A stretch of DNA of 64,000 bases from Camelus dromedarius. Its lineage: Eukaryota. Where the stretch lies: the NCBI RefSeq assembly GCF_036321535.1, contig NC_087437.1, positions 65,598,001 to 65,662,000 on the forward strand, given 5' to 3'. Under the pieces are notes generated by a model. The model saw only the letters and a list, made by a program, of their open reading frames with translations. It was not told the origin of the DNA and ran no database searches. This document shows, in pieces, positions 13,958 through 27,952 of this stretch. Positions within the stretch are counted from its first letter, which is position 1, and every line of letters begins with the position of its first letter. Both the position numbers and the translations under genes were made by a program.

Positions 13958-14055
13958 ATTCGTATAGCACCTGTTCTTGTCCCAATAGCCAAGATTTTCT
14001 GAACTGGATCAAAGGCTAATGCTGTAGGCTGATAAGGAAAACCATGCCGAACTGT
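13958..14055 (-). CDS. STXBP5L: STXBP5L next coding exon (98 bp), start of the WD40 region
   Basis: Acceptor ttgctctctttcAG|ACAGTT. Translates [32 protein letters not shown] plus a split codon, continuing directly in frame from ...QICK. Donor is GTATCCTT. Confidence 0.95.
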
Positions 14056-14075
14056 CTGAAAGAGAGCAAATGGTA

Positions 14076-14910
14076 AAAATAGTCATCAGAGAAATAAAAC
14101 TTAAAATCACAACAAGATACCAATACCCAACCACCAGAATAACTAAAATAATTATATTTTTAATTTTAAAACAACTACTACCAAATGTTGTTGGTAGGAA
14201 TGTAAAATGACACAACCACTTTGGAAAATGTCTTGTAGTTCTTTAAAAACTAAACATATGCCTGTACTATGACCTAGAAATTCCACTCCTATGTAGGTAC
14301 CAATATGGATGATTCTCAAGAAGATTATATTAAAAGAAGCAATACACAAAAGAGTACATATATTATGATTACATTTATATTAAATTCTAAACAAGCAAAA
14401 CTAACCTATGGTAAAAAAAAATCGGAATAGCAGTTGACTTGAGGAGAACTGACTGGAAGGGGTATGAAGGAAATTTACTGAGTGAAGGTAACTGTCAATA
14501 TTTTGATAGAAGTTTGAATTACACATGTGTATACATTAGCCAAAACTAATCAAATGGTATAATAAAATTTGTGACTTCTCTGTATGTAAACTGTACCTCA
14601 AAAAAACTATTATAAACAAATATTGCACTCTAGCTAATAATATGCATACTGAACTTTAAAGAGGTGAAGTGTACTGACACCTGCAACTTATTTCAAAATG
14701 CATCCAAAAAAATAATATAGAGAGATGGTTGGATAGACATATGATAAAGATAACAACATAGTAATTGTCAATCTAGGTGGAAAGTGTGAGTGTGTGAGTG
14801 TGTGTGTGTGTGTGTGTGTATACACACATTTATGAGTGTCCATGGTATAATTCTTTCAACTCCTCTGTATGTCTGAAAGCGTTCATAACAACATAATGGG
14901 AAAAAAAATT
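14076..14910 (+). mobile_element. Old L1 3' portion abutting the STXBP5L splice acceptor
   Basis: 'agtcatcagagaaataaaacttaaaatcacaacaagatacca' resembles L1 ORF2 'atcatcagggaaatgcaaatcaaaaccacaatgagatac'; an old L1 3' UTR follows. Confidence 0.7.
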
Positions 14911-15649
14911 GAAGAAAAATATCAAAAGGAGATAAGACTAACTTGTAAAAAAGGAATATGCAAATTAGATAGGAACTAATTTCCATATTAAATTTGCTCT
15001 AATTTTTCAAAAAAAAAAATAGAATATCCACATAGGTCAGGAAGAAAGGGATTCTACATCTTTTTCAGCCAAATATTTAATGCTCCAAGAACTATTTTTT
15101 CAATGGAAATAATTTTATAATAAAATGTCACATTTATAAATATTCAAAGATGAAAGATGAAATACAGCATATAGTTTATCTAAAACTCATCCCCAAGAGA
15201 AAACACAGTAAGGCATTCACTGAATAACCTCATTTTCTTTTAAAGCATATATGGACATATACACACATGCATATTAACTAATATGTAACCAGATATTTAT
15301 CTGTTTTTCTCACTTGACAGTGTATCACAGAAATTTTCCACAAAAAATATATGTAGATGTACTTCAACCCATTTAAAGTTGTAAAGCCTATTATACAGTA
15401 TGAACATACCACAGTGTCCTTAACCAACCAACTACAGTTCTGTAATCTCCAAAAATGCTCACCTAAATGGGTAAAAATAATTACCCGGAAAATCCATTTT
15501 CTAGTTATAATTCTTAACCAAGGTGTTTCCTTCTTGATTCTGAACTGTCTTACTTATTTTGACTTATACACAAAATTGTCAAGAGGAAGATACTCATAAT
15601 CTTCATGGAGAGAAATGTAGATAACAATAATCAGAATAGAGTTCCTCTT

Positions 15650-18220
15650 AAAAAAACAGAAGAGGTGGGAACATTTCTCAACTCTTTCTATGGCCAGTAT
15701 TACCCTGACACTAGAAACAAAGACATCACAAGAAAAGAAAACAAAGACCATAGTTCTTATTAAAATAGGTGTTAAAATCCCCACTAAAATACTAGCAAAC
15801 CAATTCCAGCAACATACAAAAAGGATATACACTATGACTTGGTAGAATTTATCCCAGGAATGCAAGATTGGTTTAACATCAAAAAACTATTTAATGTAAT
15901 ATACTATATCAATAGAACATAGGACAAAAATCACATGGTCATCTCAGAGGATGCAAAAATTTATTTCAGAAAATCCAACACCCATTCATGTTAAAAGGAC
16001 CCAACAAATGGAACTGCAGAGAACTTCCTCAATCTGATAAGTGGCATGTATAAAAAATCTACAGCAAACATCATACTAATTACTGAAAAAAACGAATGCT
16101 TTCTCTCTAAGATCTAGAATGAGACAAGTATGTCTGCTCTTGACACTTCTATGTCCTACACAGGGCAACCAGGCAAGAAAAAAAAAAAAAGGAACTAAAA
16201 GTATTTGTAGGTGACATGATCTTGTGTATATAAGCCTAAAAAATTATTAGAACCTATGAAGAAGTTCAGCAAGATTGCAAAATTAATGTACAATCATCAA
16301 TTATACATCTATATACTAGCAATGCACTATCCAAAAATGAAGTTAAAAGAACAATTTTATTTACAATAGCAACCAAAGGAATGCTCAGTAATACAATGAA
16401 GAAAAGTACAAAATTTATATAATAAAACTACAAAATATTGTGAAAAAATTAAAAGTTAAAAGGAAAGGTTTCACTTTTATACTGTTAAGGTGATAAAACT
16501 CCTCAGATTGATCATCAGAATCAATGCAGTCCCTAACAAAATCCAAGGTAGCTTTTTTACACAAATAGACAAGTTGATCCTAAGATTCATATGGGTATTT
16601 AAGAGACCCCGAAAACCAAAATGATCTTGAAAAAGAAGAACAAAGTTGGAGAACTTTTCCATTTTCAAAACTTACACAAATCTCCAGTAATCAAGGCAAT
16701 GAGGCACTAGCACAAGGATACACATTTAGATCAATGGAACAGCACTGAGATTCCAGAAATAAACTGCTCACATTTTCAGTCAATTGATTATTGACAAGGG
16801 TGCTAAAACAATTCGATGAGGAATGAACAGTCTTTCAGCAAATGATACTGCAAGAACTGGATATATGCATGCAAAAGAATCAAATTGGTGACAGGAAGGG
16901 TATAGCTTAGTGGAAGAGTTGCTGCTTAGCATGAACGAGGTGCTGGGTTCAATCCCCAGGACCTCCATTAAGAAATAAATAAACTTAATGTACCTGCTAT
17001 TCAAAAAAAAAAAAAAAAAAAAAGAACCAAGCTGGACCCTTTATTTAAATTATACACAAAAATTAACTCAAAATGGATCATAGACCTAAATATAAGAGCC
17101 AAAACTATAAAAACCTTAGAAGAAAACATATGCTTAGATTTTAGTGATTTAGGATTAGAAAATGGTTTCTTAAATATGACACAGAAAGCACAAACAACAA
17201 AATTAAAAACAGATAAATTGAACCTTGGGAGAATTAAAAACTCTTGTGCTGTAGAGGATACTGTCAAGAAAGTAAAATGACAACCCACAGAATGGAAGAA
17301 AATATTTGCAAATCATTTATCTGATAAGGAATTTATATCCAGAATAAAGAAAGAACTTTCACAAGTCAATAATAAAAAGTTAAATAACTCAATTTAAAAA
17401 TAGGCAAAGGATCTTAATAAACAGACATTTATCCAAAGAATACATATATAAGTGACTGATAAGCACATGGTGAGATGTTCAACATCATTAGCCATTAGGG
17501 AACTGCAAATCATATCCACAGTGAGATACAACTGCATACTTCACCAGGATGGCTACAAAAAAGATAGATATTAATACATGTTAACAAAGAGTGGAGAAAT
17601 TGAAGTCCAAATACATTTTTGGTGGGAATGAAGAGTCATGTAGTCTCTTTGGATAATAGTTTGGCATTTCCTCAAAATGTGAAATAGAGCTACCCTATAA
17701 CCCAGGGATTCCACTCCTGAGTATGTAAGCAAGAAAAATGAAAAAGAAATCCACATAAAACTATTATAGGAATATTCACAGCAGCATTATTTGAACTATT
17801 CAAAAAGTAGAAACAACTCAAATATCCATCAACTATGAACAGATGATGAAATCTGGTATATCCATACAATGGAATATTATTCATCAACAAAAGAGAATGA
17901 AGTATAATGCATGCTACAACAGAGATGTACCTTGAAAATATTATGTTAACTGAAAGAAGCCCATTATATATTGTATGAGTCCATTCATATGGAATGTACA
18001 AAACAGGAAAATCTATAGAGGCAGAAATTATATTACTGATTGCCTAGGAATGGTGGGTAGGGGCTCTGGATAATGGGCATCTATTGCTAATGAGTACACA
18101 GTTGCTTTTGAGGGTAATGAAGTTTTCTAAAATTTATTATGGTAGTTGTTCCATAACTTTGTGAATATACTGAAAACTACTGAAATGTATACTTTAACTG
18201 AATAAATTATATCTAAATTT
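15650..18220 (+). mobile_element. Decayed L1 ORF2 plus 3' UTR (L1MB-like)
   Basis: Continuous degenerate ORF2 similarity and a 3' UTR; carries a SINE insertion. Confidence 0.85.
16889..17019 (+). mobile_element. tRNA-derived SINE (camelid Vic-1-like)
   Basis: A box TAGCTTAGTGG, B box GGTTCAATCCC, poly(A), and a degenerate 16-bp TSD (AAAAGAATCAAATTGG/AAAAGAACCAAGCTGG). Confidence 0.85.
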
Positions 18221-18600
18221 GAAAGAAAAATACTGTACTCCTCAAGAATATCAAATATTCTGGTATTATATCATCACTGTATATAATAAGAAGTTACGAT
18301 CAGTTGAGGTACCTGGCTAATTTCAAAAGAATCAAGGTTATCAACTGGAATGACATAGATGCAGTAAAAAAAAAAAAAAAGGAAGCAGAGAAAAATGTAG
18401 GATAACCAAGTCTGAAGACAACTTGTCAAGGTCAAAAATTCTCAATTTTAGATGCAGTCAGAATGGATTGTTGAAATACTATAGTTTATGTTCAATGGGT
18501 GAAGTTAAGTAAAGCTAATCACCAACAAATAAAATGAGGTTCTTAAATACCAAACTTTTCCTAATATTTTGTTTCTCTTGTTTTCTTTTGTTTTACTCTT

Positions 18601-18696
18601 TATATTAGTCTGTCCAGGCTGCTATGACAAAATACTAAGAAGCTTAAATAAGACATTATTTTCTCACAGTTTTGAAGGCTAGGAAGTCAAGATCAA
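18601..18696 (-). mobile_element. MaLR (MLT1/MST-like) LTR fragment
   Basis: 'tattagtctgtccaggctgctatgacaaaata...ttctcacagttttgaaggctaggaagtcaagatcaa' is a typical antisense MaLR end. Confidence 0.7.
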
Positions 18697-21600
18697 TAAA
18701 AAAAATATACAGAAATAGCATTTGCAGAGACATTTATATGATGAAGAGTATTATTTGCTTTTTCTGTGTCTGTATCTTGTCAATGTTTAATTTGGAAGCA
18801 GTTAGAAGTGCCCCCAGTTTCAAGGTTGAGGCAAATTTAAAATTTAAGTTAAGGAAAGGAAAAAGGTGAAATATGTTAGTAACAAATAAAATATAAGGTA
18901 TATGTACATACTTAAATTTCTGGAATAAACATTATTTGGTCATGGTTTATCATTGGTAGTATACATTACTTGATTTACTAGCACCTTATTTAGTATTTTG
19001 TGCCTATATTCAAAAGTATGTATTTTATAATGCTTAAAAAAATCTGAAATTATATGTACTGTACTATGTGATGTTTCCTGGAAAATCACTACCACAATTA
19101 AACCTTTTCATCACTTGTGAACTTCACAGCAGTCCATCCCGCTTTCTGTTCTTAGACCAAAGCAACAACTGATTTGCTTTTAAGTCATTAGGGATTGTTC
19201 GAATTTTATACAAATAGTCCCTTCCTTTCTCTCTCTTTCCATCTGTCTGTCTCTCTCTGCTCCCTCTCTGTGAATCATATACCTGATGTGTGTAACATAT
19301 TGAAAGATAACTGGTCAATCGGGGAAGACGTTGGGGTTGAATTAGTGACGAGTACATAAAAACGAAACAAATGAAACTTAAAAAAAATGTAACCTCAGGG
19401 AATAAAAACATTTGTGAGGCAAAATAAGAGAGTAGTAATAATAAAGTGTTAACACTGACTGCTGTGATTTATTAGGAAGATGGGGATATGGCAAGGGTGC
19501 TTCTATACGTAATGAGGTGGAAAAAAAATCTTTTTTGGAAAAGTCAATAAGTAGCAATATAAAGATGTTATTTTCAGACACATTTGGTAAATGCCAAAAT
19601 AAATAGCAAGAAGGTTGAAAAGTGGTTGCTTTTAGAAACTAGGAAATGGGAGAGGGAAGGGGACAGATTGTTATTAATTTTTTATAATACGTCTTATAAA
19701 ATTATCTGACTTTTAAAATTATGTACATGATTGAGTGTGATAAAAATAAAACTAGAATGAAAAAAGGATATAAAATTTCAAAATATTAACATTACATTTC
19801 TATTATATTGACTTCCCAATATCTTATAAAATGAGGATATATTTGGGCTTTATTCTTAATTTTAATATCAACTGCCTTTTAGATCTTTGAACACGATGGT
19901 TTTATCATTCTTTCAAGAGATTTAAAAAAGTCTTACTGGAAAACTGGTACCAATTGCCAATGGCACATGCATAAGCAGATATTTTGCCATACTTGTGCAT
20001 ATAGAGCAATTTTAGCTTTCTGTTGCAGTATGATGGGGTTTCATAGGAACTGGTTATTTTGTTACCAGTATGCCACTCCATGGTGTCATATGCCTATCCT
20101 GGTTCTCTTACTCAGTCTTTTCCTTTATCGAAGGGAGCAGGAAATTATTAAGCAGTATTTTCAGTGATCCAATATGACATCAGATTTAGGGAAGAGCTAT
20201 GGACATATACACATAGCCCTAAAAAACAAAGTTCAAGTGATTTGGCTGTTATTGGAAACACACATCATTGAAACTGAGAGAATTTTCCCATCAGTGCGAG
20301 TTGTTCCATGGTTACAATAATTGTTTTACAGATTCAAGCTAATTTAGTAAGACAAGAAAAGAAAGACAAGAAATTGAAACAATAAATATATAAATATAGG
20401 AAAGTAAAAATGAAATAGACTACTAAAATATTTTAGAAGAAGAAGAATCTGGTAAGTTATCTAGCTACAAGGTGAATAAACCAAAATCAGCATCTTTTCC
20501 CTCTACTAGAAATAAGCAATTACCAATAAAATTGTGGGGAAATCCTCATTTTTATTTTTAGCTAATTTGAAGTCTGTCAAATTTGTTTAAAGTCTAAATA
20601 CAAATATTTTATTCAGTAGCACTAAATAATGTATTTTCTAATATATAAAATGGTTAAGTAGACAAAATATTTTTCACTAAACCAGAACTTAGTGATTAAT
20701 AACAGAATTATATTCATATATATGAATGTTTATTTAATACTATAGAAGTTACAACACAACTGTTAGAACTCAGAAACGCAGAGCTGATGTAATTAGTTTC
20801 TACTGTAGTTATGACAACAAAATCCCATCAGGATTTAGTATTCAACAAGCAATTATTTCTTTATATACTTCAAAAACTTTTTCATTGTTGTTCTGTGTTT
20901 GAAGCTGCTAAGAACATTTCTTTTCAAAGTATGTACAAAAACCTAATAGTTGTTTTAGGAAAACATTATTTATCCATTGGAAAATTTATTTATACATTGT
21001 GATAAACAAATGAGATCCTAATTATTAATATGTTTCAAAAATAAAATATTTACCTATTTATCTCTCAAATCCCAAGTCAAGAAGGCCTCAGTCCTCCATG
21101 GAATATTTGCTAAAATTCTAAGCCAACACCACAGTTTAGCACTATTTAGAACTACTGAAGAATGATTATTGCCCTTTGGCCTCCCCAAATAAGTTCTAAC
21201 CTCTTCTGTGAGTAGGGACCATGCTTTTAAGTTGTTCTCTTCACTAAGCTTAGTACTATGATTAAACAGTTTTTTTAAAGTTCATCAATATGATTTGTGC
21301 ACATAAGCAGTAGTTCCTTCAAAAAATATTCTATTTTTAAAAAATGAATAACTGCAACCAAATATTCTGTAAGTATTGAAATAAAATCTCTATGTAGAAT
21401 AATCTTAAACCAATATATAATTATCTCTGTATTTGAAGCTACTGTCTCAACTCTCCATAGTAACAAAAGCACATTTGAGATTGAACTTAAAAAGTTCAAT
21501 AGTTATCATTCTCACTCTCTTTCCCCTGAGCACCCCTGTGAATTATTGTAACGATATGTAATTATGTAATGCTAAGGTTGCTAAGGTGTTAGAACAGAAC

Positions 21601-23134
21601 AAGCACCCACATTTGGATAATATATTTAATATATACAGCTATTTAATTAAGGATATGTTATAGGTACTAATATATCACTAAATCTAATATAAAAGTAGGT
21701 TATTTTTTTACTATCTAATTGTGTTTCTTCCTACCATATTATAATACAAAACATTTGGGGTTAGAGCTTCTGTTGTTTCAAACTTAAGATCCCTATAGGC
21801 ATTCAAAAAACTATTGACTTTTATTACAACAGTTTAACAAATCTAGTAACTCTGATTCTATAGTTTGCAATCGGTTAATCTTACCCCCAAAAATCTGAGT
21901 ATACTATGTAAATATAAGTTTATAGTACTTAAATGTAATAGAAAGGTGTTCTTTCAAAATATGAGGGAATCAATTTCAAAATAAATGAATTTACATTCCT
22001 CTAACACTATCTTGTTATCTCTCATACTATCACCTTCTCTCATAATACCACATAGCTATGCTAAAACATACCTTCAAAAAACATACCAAATAATAAATGA
22101 ATAGGCCTAATTCTCACCACTGAAAAGTACAGAGATATACATACAAATATGTACTGACATAAGTAATAGGAAACAAACACACTAATAACATGAAGTAACT
22201 ATGGGTATACCCAAAGGGTATCCAATTCTATCATCCTCATCATTCAATAAAGGACAAAACAATCTTTAATGTGGCCAGATTGTTCTTTCCAAAGAACTTC
22301 CTTTTTTTTTCCATCCATAGGACTCATTTTTACCTTCTTAGGTAACTTTATCATCTGGATTATGAAGTTTCTCTCTACTCTCAGCCTATTAACAGCCTAA
22401 TGTCTTCAATGTCCTTGCTTCAATCTGTCATTCACCTTGACTATATCATTCTTTCCTCTCTTTCAATTCAGCTGACCATCACAGTTAATACTATCAGCCT
22501 CAAATGAGCATAGCCTCATCATCATACACTTCCAGATCTCTTTCAAGAATCCACATTTGGCATTCCTCTATTCACTCACAGTATCTTTCCTGTCATCACT
22601 ACATTCCATCTGTCTTGCTATCCTAGTATTTCCACTTAAACCCTCCTACTTATCTGAAACCCTTATTTTCTTTCTGGCTACACTAGTCTCTATTCCCAAC
22701 TTATTTAATATTTCAACTTAATTCTGTGCTATGCTTGAGAGAAATATATATATCTTTTTATTGAATCTATTATATGTGCCTATACAGCTATCAAACAAAT
22801 TCCTGTGAACTTAAAGATCTTTTCTCATTGATAAATAATAAAAATGGAAATTAGTAGTCATAGAAAAATAATTTGGCCTGGGGGTAAAATAAAAATCACT
22901 TTATAAAAAAAGAAAATAAAAATCTTGTGAGGCAAAATTATAAATAGGATGACGTGGAAGAGTATCATGCTAGGAGTTAGGAGACCTAGTCATTTTTCCT
23001 CCCGCTGCATTAGAAATAAACAATGAATACTATATGCATAGTCATTGCCCCTCAAGGCTGCTGTCACTACCATTTGTTTACTACATACAAGGTATAGTGA
23101 AAAACACTACATGAGTTATCTCTTTTTTCTATTT

Positions 23135-23260
23135 ATTTCTATAGCTCCATGAGATAGGTGGTGTCATTAAAGAGGAAGAAATTGAGGCTAAGTAAGGTTA
23201 ATCAACTTGTCCAAAGTCACCACACTAGTGGATGCACAGTTTGATTGATAGCTTTGCAAA
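23135..23260 (-). mobile_element. MIR relic
   Basis: MIR core 'gaagaaattgaggctaagtaaggttaatcaacttgtccaaagtcac'. Confidence 0.7.
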
Positions 23261-24544
23261 TGAGAGCCCTATAGCTTCTTAGTACTCTAATCTTGTCTCG
23301 GGGTGAAAGAATGTAACCTTCTGATTTGCATGATATGAATTTAAAGCCAGAGGGAGAAATGCATTTCAAAAGAATTAAAAGAAATATCAGAGCTACAGAA
23401 TCAATACCAGTATCAGACACTGAGTTAAAGAAACCACAAAGACAATAACCAAACACTTCAGCTCCTAATTTCACTAGTGGTGTAAAAAAGATCAAGTGAT
23501 CCTTAGTGATCCTTGTGCTTAATGCTTCAATCAAGAAAAGAGTAAGACTGTATCAAAAAAGAAGGATCAGTGGTCATCTCTGATCTCTGAGTCATAGGGT
23601 ATGGGGAATAAGTGCTGTCATGTTAAGAAGAAACTGATCCATGCAAACCCTTACAGTTCTTAAGGTTTATACCTCAAGATACTTGTAAAAATCTAAAATA
23701 TTAGCTTTTTAATTTTCCTGGAATGTGTAAAAACAGTTCATTTTGCACAAATAGGGCAGAAAAAACAATAGCAAAAGTATTGTGGTTCGGGGTACTGTAA
23801 ATACGGATGCAAGGACTCAGAAATATATGATTAATAATAGAACAAGGTACATGCTCAAAGGGAAAAGAAAAAGACTGGCAGAAATTACTAAAGGAAAAAT
23901 ATATAGGTTAGTGATCCTGTGCTTTGTGAGGCCTCCACCTCAAGTTGCTGCTGGTAATAGGCCTCAATTGTAGCCAGCACAGTCCACTGGGTAAAAACCA
24001 ATAAGCAAGTGAATATTTGAGGGGGTAAATGCAAGCTATTTATTCTGACTAAGAGCTCTAAGAGTTTTACTCACCAAAACAGAATTTCAGAAGCAATGTA
24101 ACTATTTTTTGGCTCCGTATACCTTTATAATTTCCATTAATTTAATCTGTTGCCCAAAATTCAACTCTCAGAATGTCAACACATTTAATACCACAGCAAC
24201 AAAAACTCAAAAAACAAATACCTTGGAAAGACAACACCTGGGAGACACATTTTACAAAATAACACACTGACTAAATACCTTTTCACAATGGGACTATCAT
24301 AATGACTAGCAGTGTTTTTACTCCTAAAATGGGGAGGGGTGTCACAATAATAGTAGGGAAAAAGTTAAGAAAGAAAACACTGGAAGCTGAATATCAAACT
24401 CATGTACTGAAATAGAAGCTATGGATGAAGGTATTTTTCACATTGGAAAACACTAATCCCAAAGGTAATACTTAGATTTTAATCCCTGATCCCTTGAGTA
24501 GCAGCAGCAGAAAGCTGTAGAAAAAGAAATCTTAAGAACACCAT

Positions 24545-24900
24545 TGGTGTACAGATCTTTCACTTCTTTCATTAAATTCATTCCTAAGTATTTTATTTAT
24601 TTTCTTGGAGTCATAAACATGATTGTTTTCTTAATGTACTTTTCAGATAGTTCTTTATTAGTGTGTAGAAATGCAACTGATTTTTACGTGCTGATTTTTT
24701 TATCCTGTAACTTTATTGAATTTATTTGTTTCAACAGAATTTTTAAAAAAATTTTTAAGTTAATTTTTTATTAAAGTACAGTTGATTTACAATGTTGTGT
24801 TAGTTTCTGGTGTATAGCTGGTGTATGGTGTGTAATGTGGTGTATAGTTTCTGGTGTATAGTGATTCATCTATATATATATATATATGTATATATATGTA

Positions 24901-24934
<34 letters not shown>

Positions 24935-27800
24935 GACACATAAACATTCTTTTTCCACATTTTTTTTCATTTAGATTATTATAAGATACTGAATATGGTT
25001 CCCTGTGCTATACAGTAGGACCTTGTTGTTTATCTATTTTACATATAGTACTTTGTATCTGCTAATCCCAGACCCCTAATATACCCTTCCCCCTTATCCC
25101 CTTTGGTAACTATGTATTTGTTTTCTATGTTTGTTAAGTCTGTTCCTGTTTTGTAAATAAGTTCATTTGTATCATTTTTAGATTTTTTAGAACATATAAG
25201 TGATATTATATGATATTTGTCTTTCTCTGTCTGACATACTTCACTTAGTCTGATAATGTCTAGGTCCATCCACACTATTGCAAATGGCATTATTTCATTT
25301 ATTATGGCTGAGTAGTATTCCACTGTGTATATATATCCCACATCTTCTTTATTCAATTATCTGTCGATGGACATTTAGGTTGCTTCCATGTTTTGACTAT
25401 TGTAAATAGTGCTGCTATGAACATTGGGATGCATGTATCTTTCCAAATTAGTTTTATCCAGATATATATCCCAGGAGTGGGATTCCTGGATCATATGGTA
25501 GTTCTATTTTTAGTTTTTTAAGGAACTTCCATACTGTTTTCCATAGTGGCTACACCAAATTACATTTCCACCAACAACAGTATAGGAAGTCAACAAGATA
25601 TTTACTAGGGTCGTCAGTGTTTTCTATATATAAGACTCATGTCATCTGAAAACATAGACAATTTTACTTCCTACTTTCCAACTTGAATGCCTTTTATTTC
25701 TTTTCCTTTCCTAATTACTCTGGCTAGGACTTTCAGTATTATGTTGTATAGAAGTGGTGAGAGTGGGCATCCTTGTCTTGCTCTAAGCTTTGAGGAAAAG
25801 CTTTCAGCTTCTCACCACTGAGTATGATCAGCTGTGGGCTTGTCATATATGGCTTTTATTACACTGAAGTACATTCCTTCTATATCTAATTTGTTGAGAG
25901 TTTATCATGAGAGGATATTGAATGTTGTCAAATGCTTTTTCTGCATCTATTTAAATGATCCTATATTTATGCTTCATTTTCCTAATGTGATGCATCACGT
26001 TCATTGCCTTGTGTATTTTGACCATCTTTGCATAGCAGGGATAAATCTGACTTGACCATGGTACATAATCCTTTTAACATACTGTTGAATTCAGTTTGCT
26101 TCTATTTTGTTTAGAATTTTTGCATCTATGTTCATCAGGGATATTGGCTTATAATTCTCTTAAAACACTGGTGAAAGAAATCAAAGAAAACACAAATAAA
26201 TGGAAAGACAGACTGTCTTCATGGATTGGAATAGTTAACATTGTTAAAATGTCCACTCTACACAAAATGACCTACAGATTCAAGTCAATTCCCCATCAAA
26301 ATTCCAATTGTGTTTTCCACAAAATAGAAAAAAAATCCTAAAATTCATATGGAGCCACAAATGACCCCAAATAACCAAAGCAATTTGGAGGAAGAACAAA
26401 GCTGGAGGCAACACACTTTCTGACTTCAAATTATATTACAAAACTGTAGTAATCAAAACTGTGTGGTACAGGCACAAAAACAGATGCATAGACCAATGGA
26501 ACAAAATAGAGTACCATACATATATAACAAATTTTTGACATAGGTGCCAAGAATATTCAAGAAGGAAAGAATAGTCTCTTCAATAAATGGCACTGGGAAA
26601 ACTGGATAATCACATGCAAAAGAATAAAATCAGACCCTTATCTTATACCATACACAAAAGTCAACTCAAAATGGATTAAAGACTTGAATATAAGACCTGA
26701 AACCAGAAAGCATACAGGAAAAGCTCCTTGACATTAGTGTTGTCAACAGTTTTTTGGAACTGACACCAAAAGCACAGGCAACAAAAGCAAAAGTAAACAA
26801 GCGAGACTTCATCAAACTAAAAAGTCTCTGCACTGCAAAGAAAACCATCAACAAAATGAAAAGGCAATCAATGAAATGGGAGAAAATATTTGCAAACCAT
26901 CTAGCTGATAATGGGTTAATATCCAAATATATACAAACTCATATAACTTAATAACAAACAAACAAACAAAACCCAAACAAATAACCCAGCTAAAAAATGG
27001 GGAGCTCAACAGACATTTTTTCCCAAAGAAGATATACAAATGGTGGGATTGTAAACTGGTTGCAACCACTATGGGGAACAGTATGAAGCTTCCTAAAGAA
27101 ATTAAAACTAGAACTACCATATAATTCAGCAATCCCACTTCTGGGTATATATCCAAAGAAAATAAAAACATTATCTCAAAGAGTTACATGAACTCCCATG
27201 TTCACTGCAACATTATTCATAGCAGCCCTAGATCTGGAAACAACTTAAGTATCTGTTGATGGATAAATGGATAAAGAAAATACTGTGTACACACATGTGC
27301 AAACACACACAATGGAGTATTATTTGACCTTTAAAAAAAAAAAGAAATTCTGCCATATGTGATAATATGGATGAACCTGTAAGACATTATGCTAAGTGAA
27401 ATAAGCCAAACACAGAAGACAAATACTACATGAGACGAATCCACAGAAACAGAGAGTAGAATGGTGGTTACCAGAGATGGAAGAAGCAGGGGGAGAAATG
27501 GAGAAAAAGGAGAGATACTGATTAAAGGGTATAAACTTTCAGTTATAAGATGAATAAATTCTGGAGACTAAGGTACAGCATGGTGACTATAATTAATGAT
27601 AATACAGGGTATCTTTAAAATTTGCTAAGGGAGTAAATCTCAAGTGTTCTCACCACACACACACACACACATAAAATGCTAACTATGGGAAGTAATTAAT
27701 TAGTTTGACTGTAGTAATCACTTCACAATGTACACATATATCAAAACAACATGCTGCACATCTTAAATACATACATTCGTTAATTTTTCAAAAATAAATA
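24545..27800 (+). mobile_element. 5'-inverted (twin-primed) L1: minus ORF2 segment 24545-~26155, plus segment ~26161-27800
   Basis: The inverted part ends (sense) at '...gaaagatctgtacaccaa' and the direct part begins 'taaaacactggtgaaagaaatc', i.e. nearly adjacent positions of ORF2. TSD not clearly preserved. Confidence 0.8.
24750..25590 (-). mobile_element. L1 3'-end insertion nested in the inverted segment
   Basis: Antisense ORF2 end (EYYSAI...LSEVCQTEKDKYH) plus 3' UTR; TA/TG microsatellite at 24870-24934. Confidence 0.85.
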
Positions 27801-27952
27801 AAATTTAGAATCTACTAATCAATTTCACTGAAGTTTCCGGATTCAGGATAAATATGCTTATTCATAGTAGCAAAAACTAATAATGAAAACTCTATGATGG
27901 AGAATCAGGATTCATCAAAATAAGAAATATATCACATAAAAAGACCAATATA

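Noticed and set aside
16889..16970. tRNA-like sequence (also 45555-45630)
   Set aside because: Poly(A) tail, TSDs and degenerate stems show these are SINEs, not tRNA genes.
19283..19376. Possible cassette exon on the minus strand (ttttttttaAG ... CAG|GTATAT), with some CpGs
   Set aside because: 94 nt would frameshift, the translation does not resemble STXBP5L, the splice sites are weak, and the sequence resembles an old L1 3' UTR. It would need RNA-seq support.
22202..22213. Palindrome TGGGTATACCCA
   Set aside because: 12-bp palindromes are expected by chance in 64 kb, and there is no supporting context.
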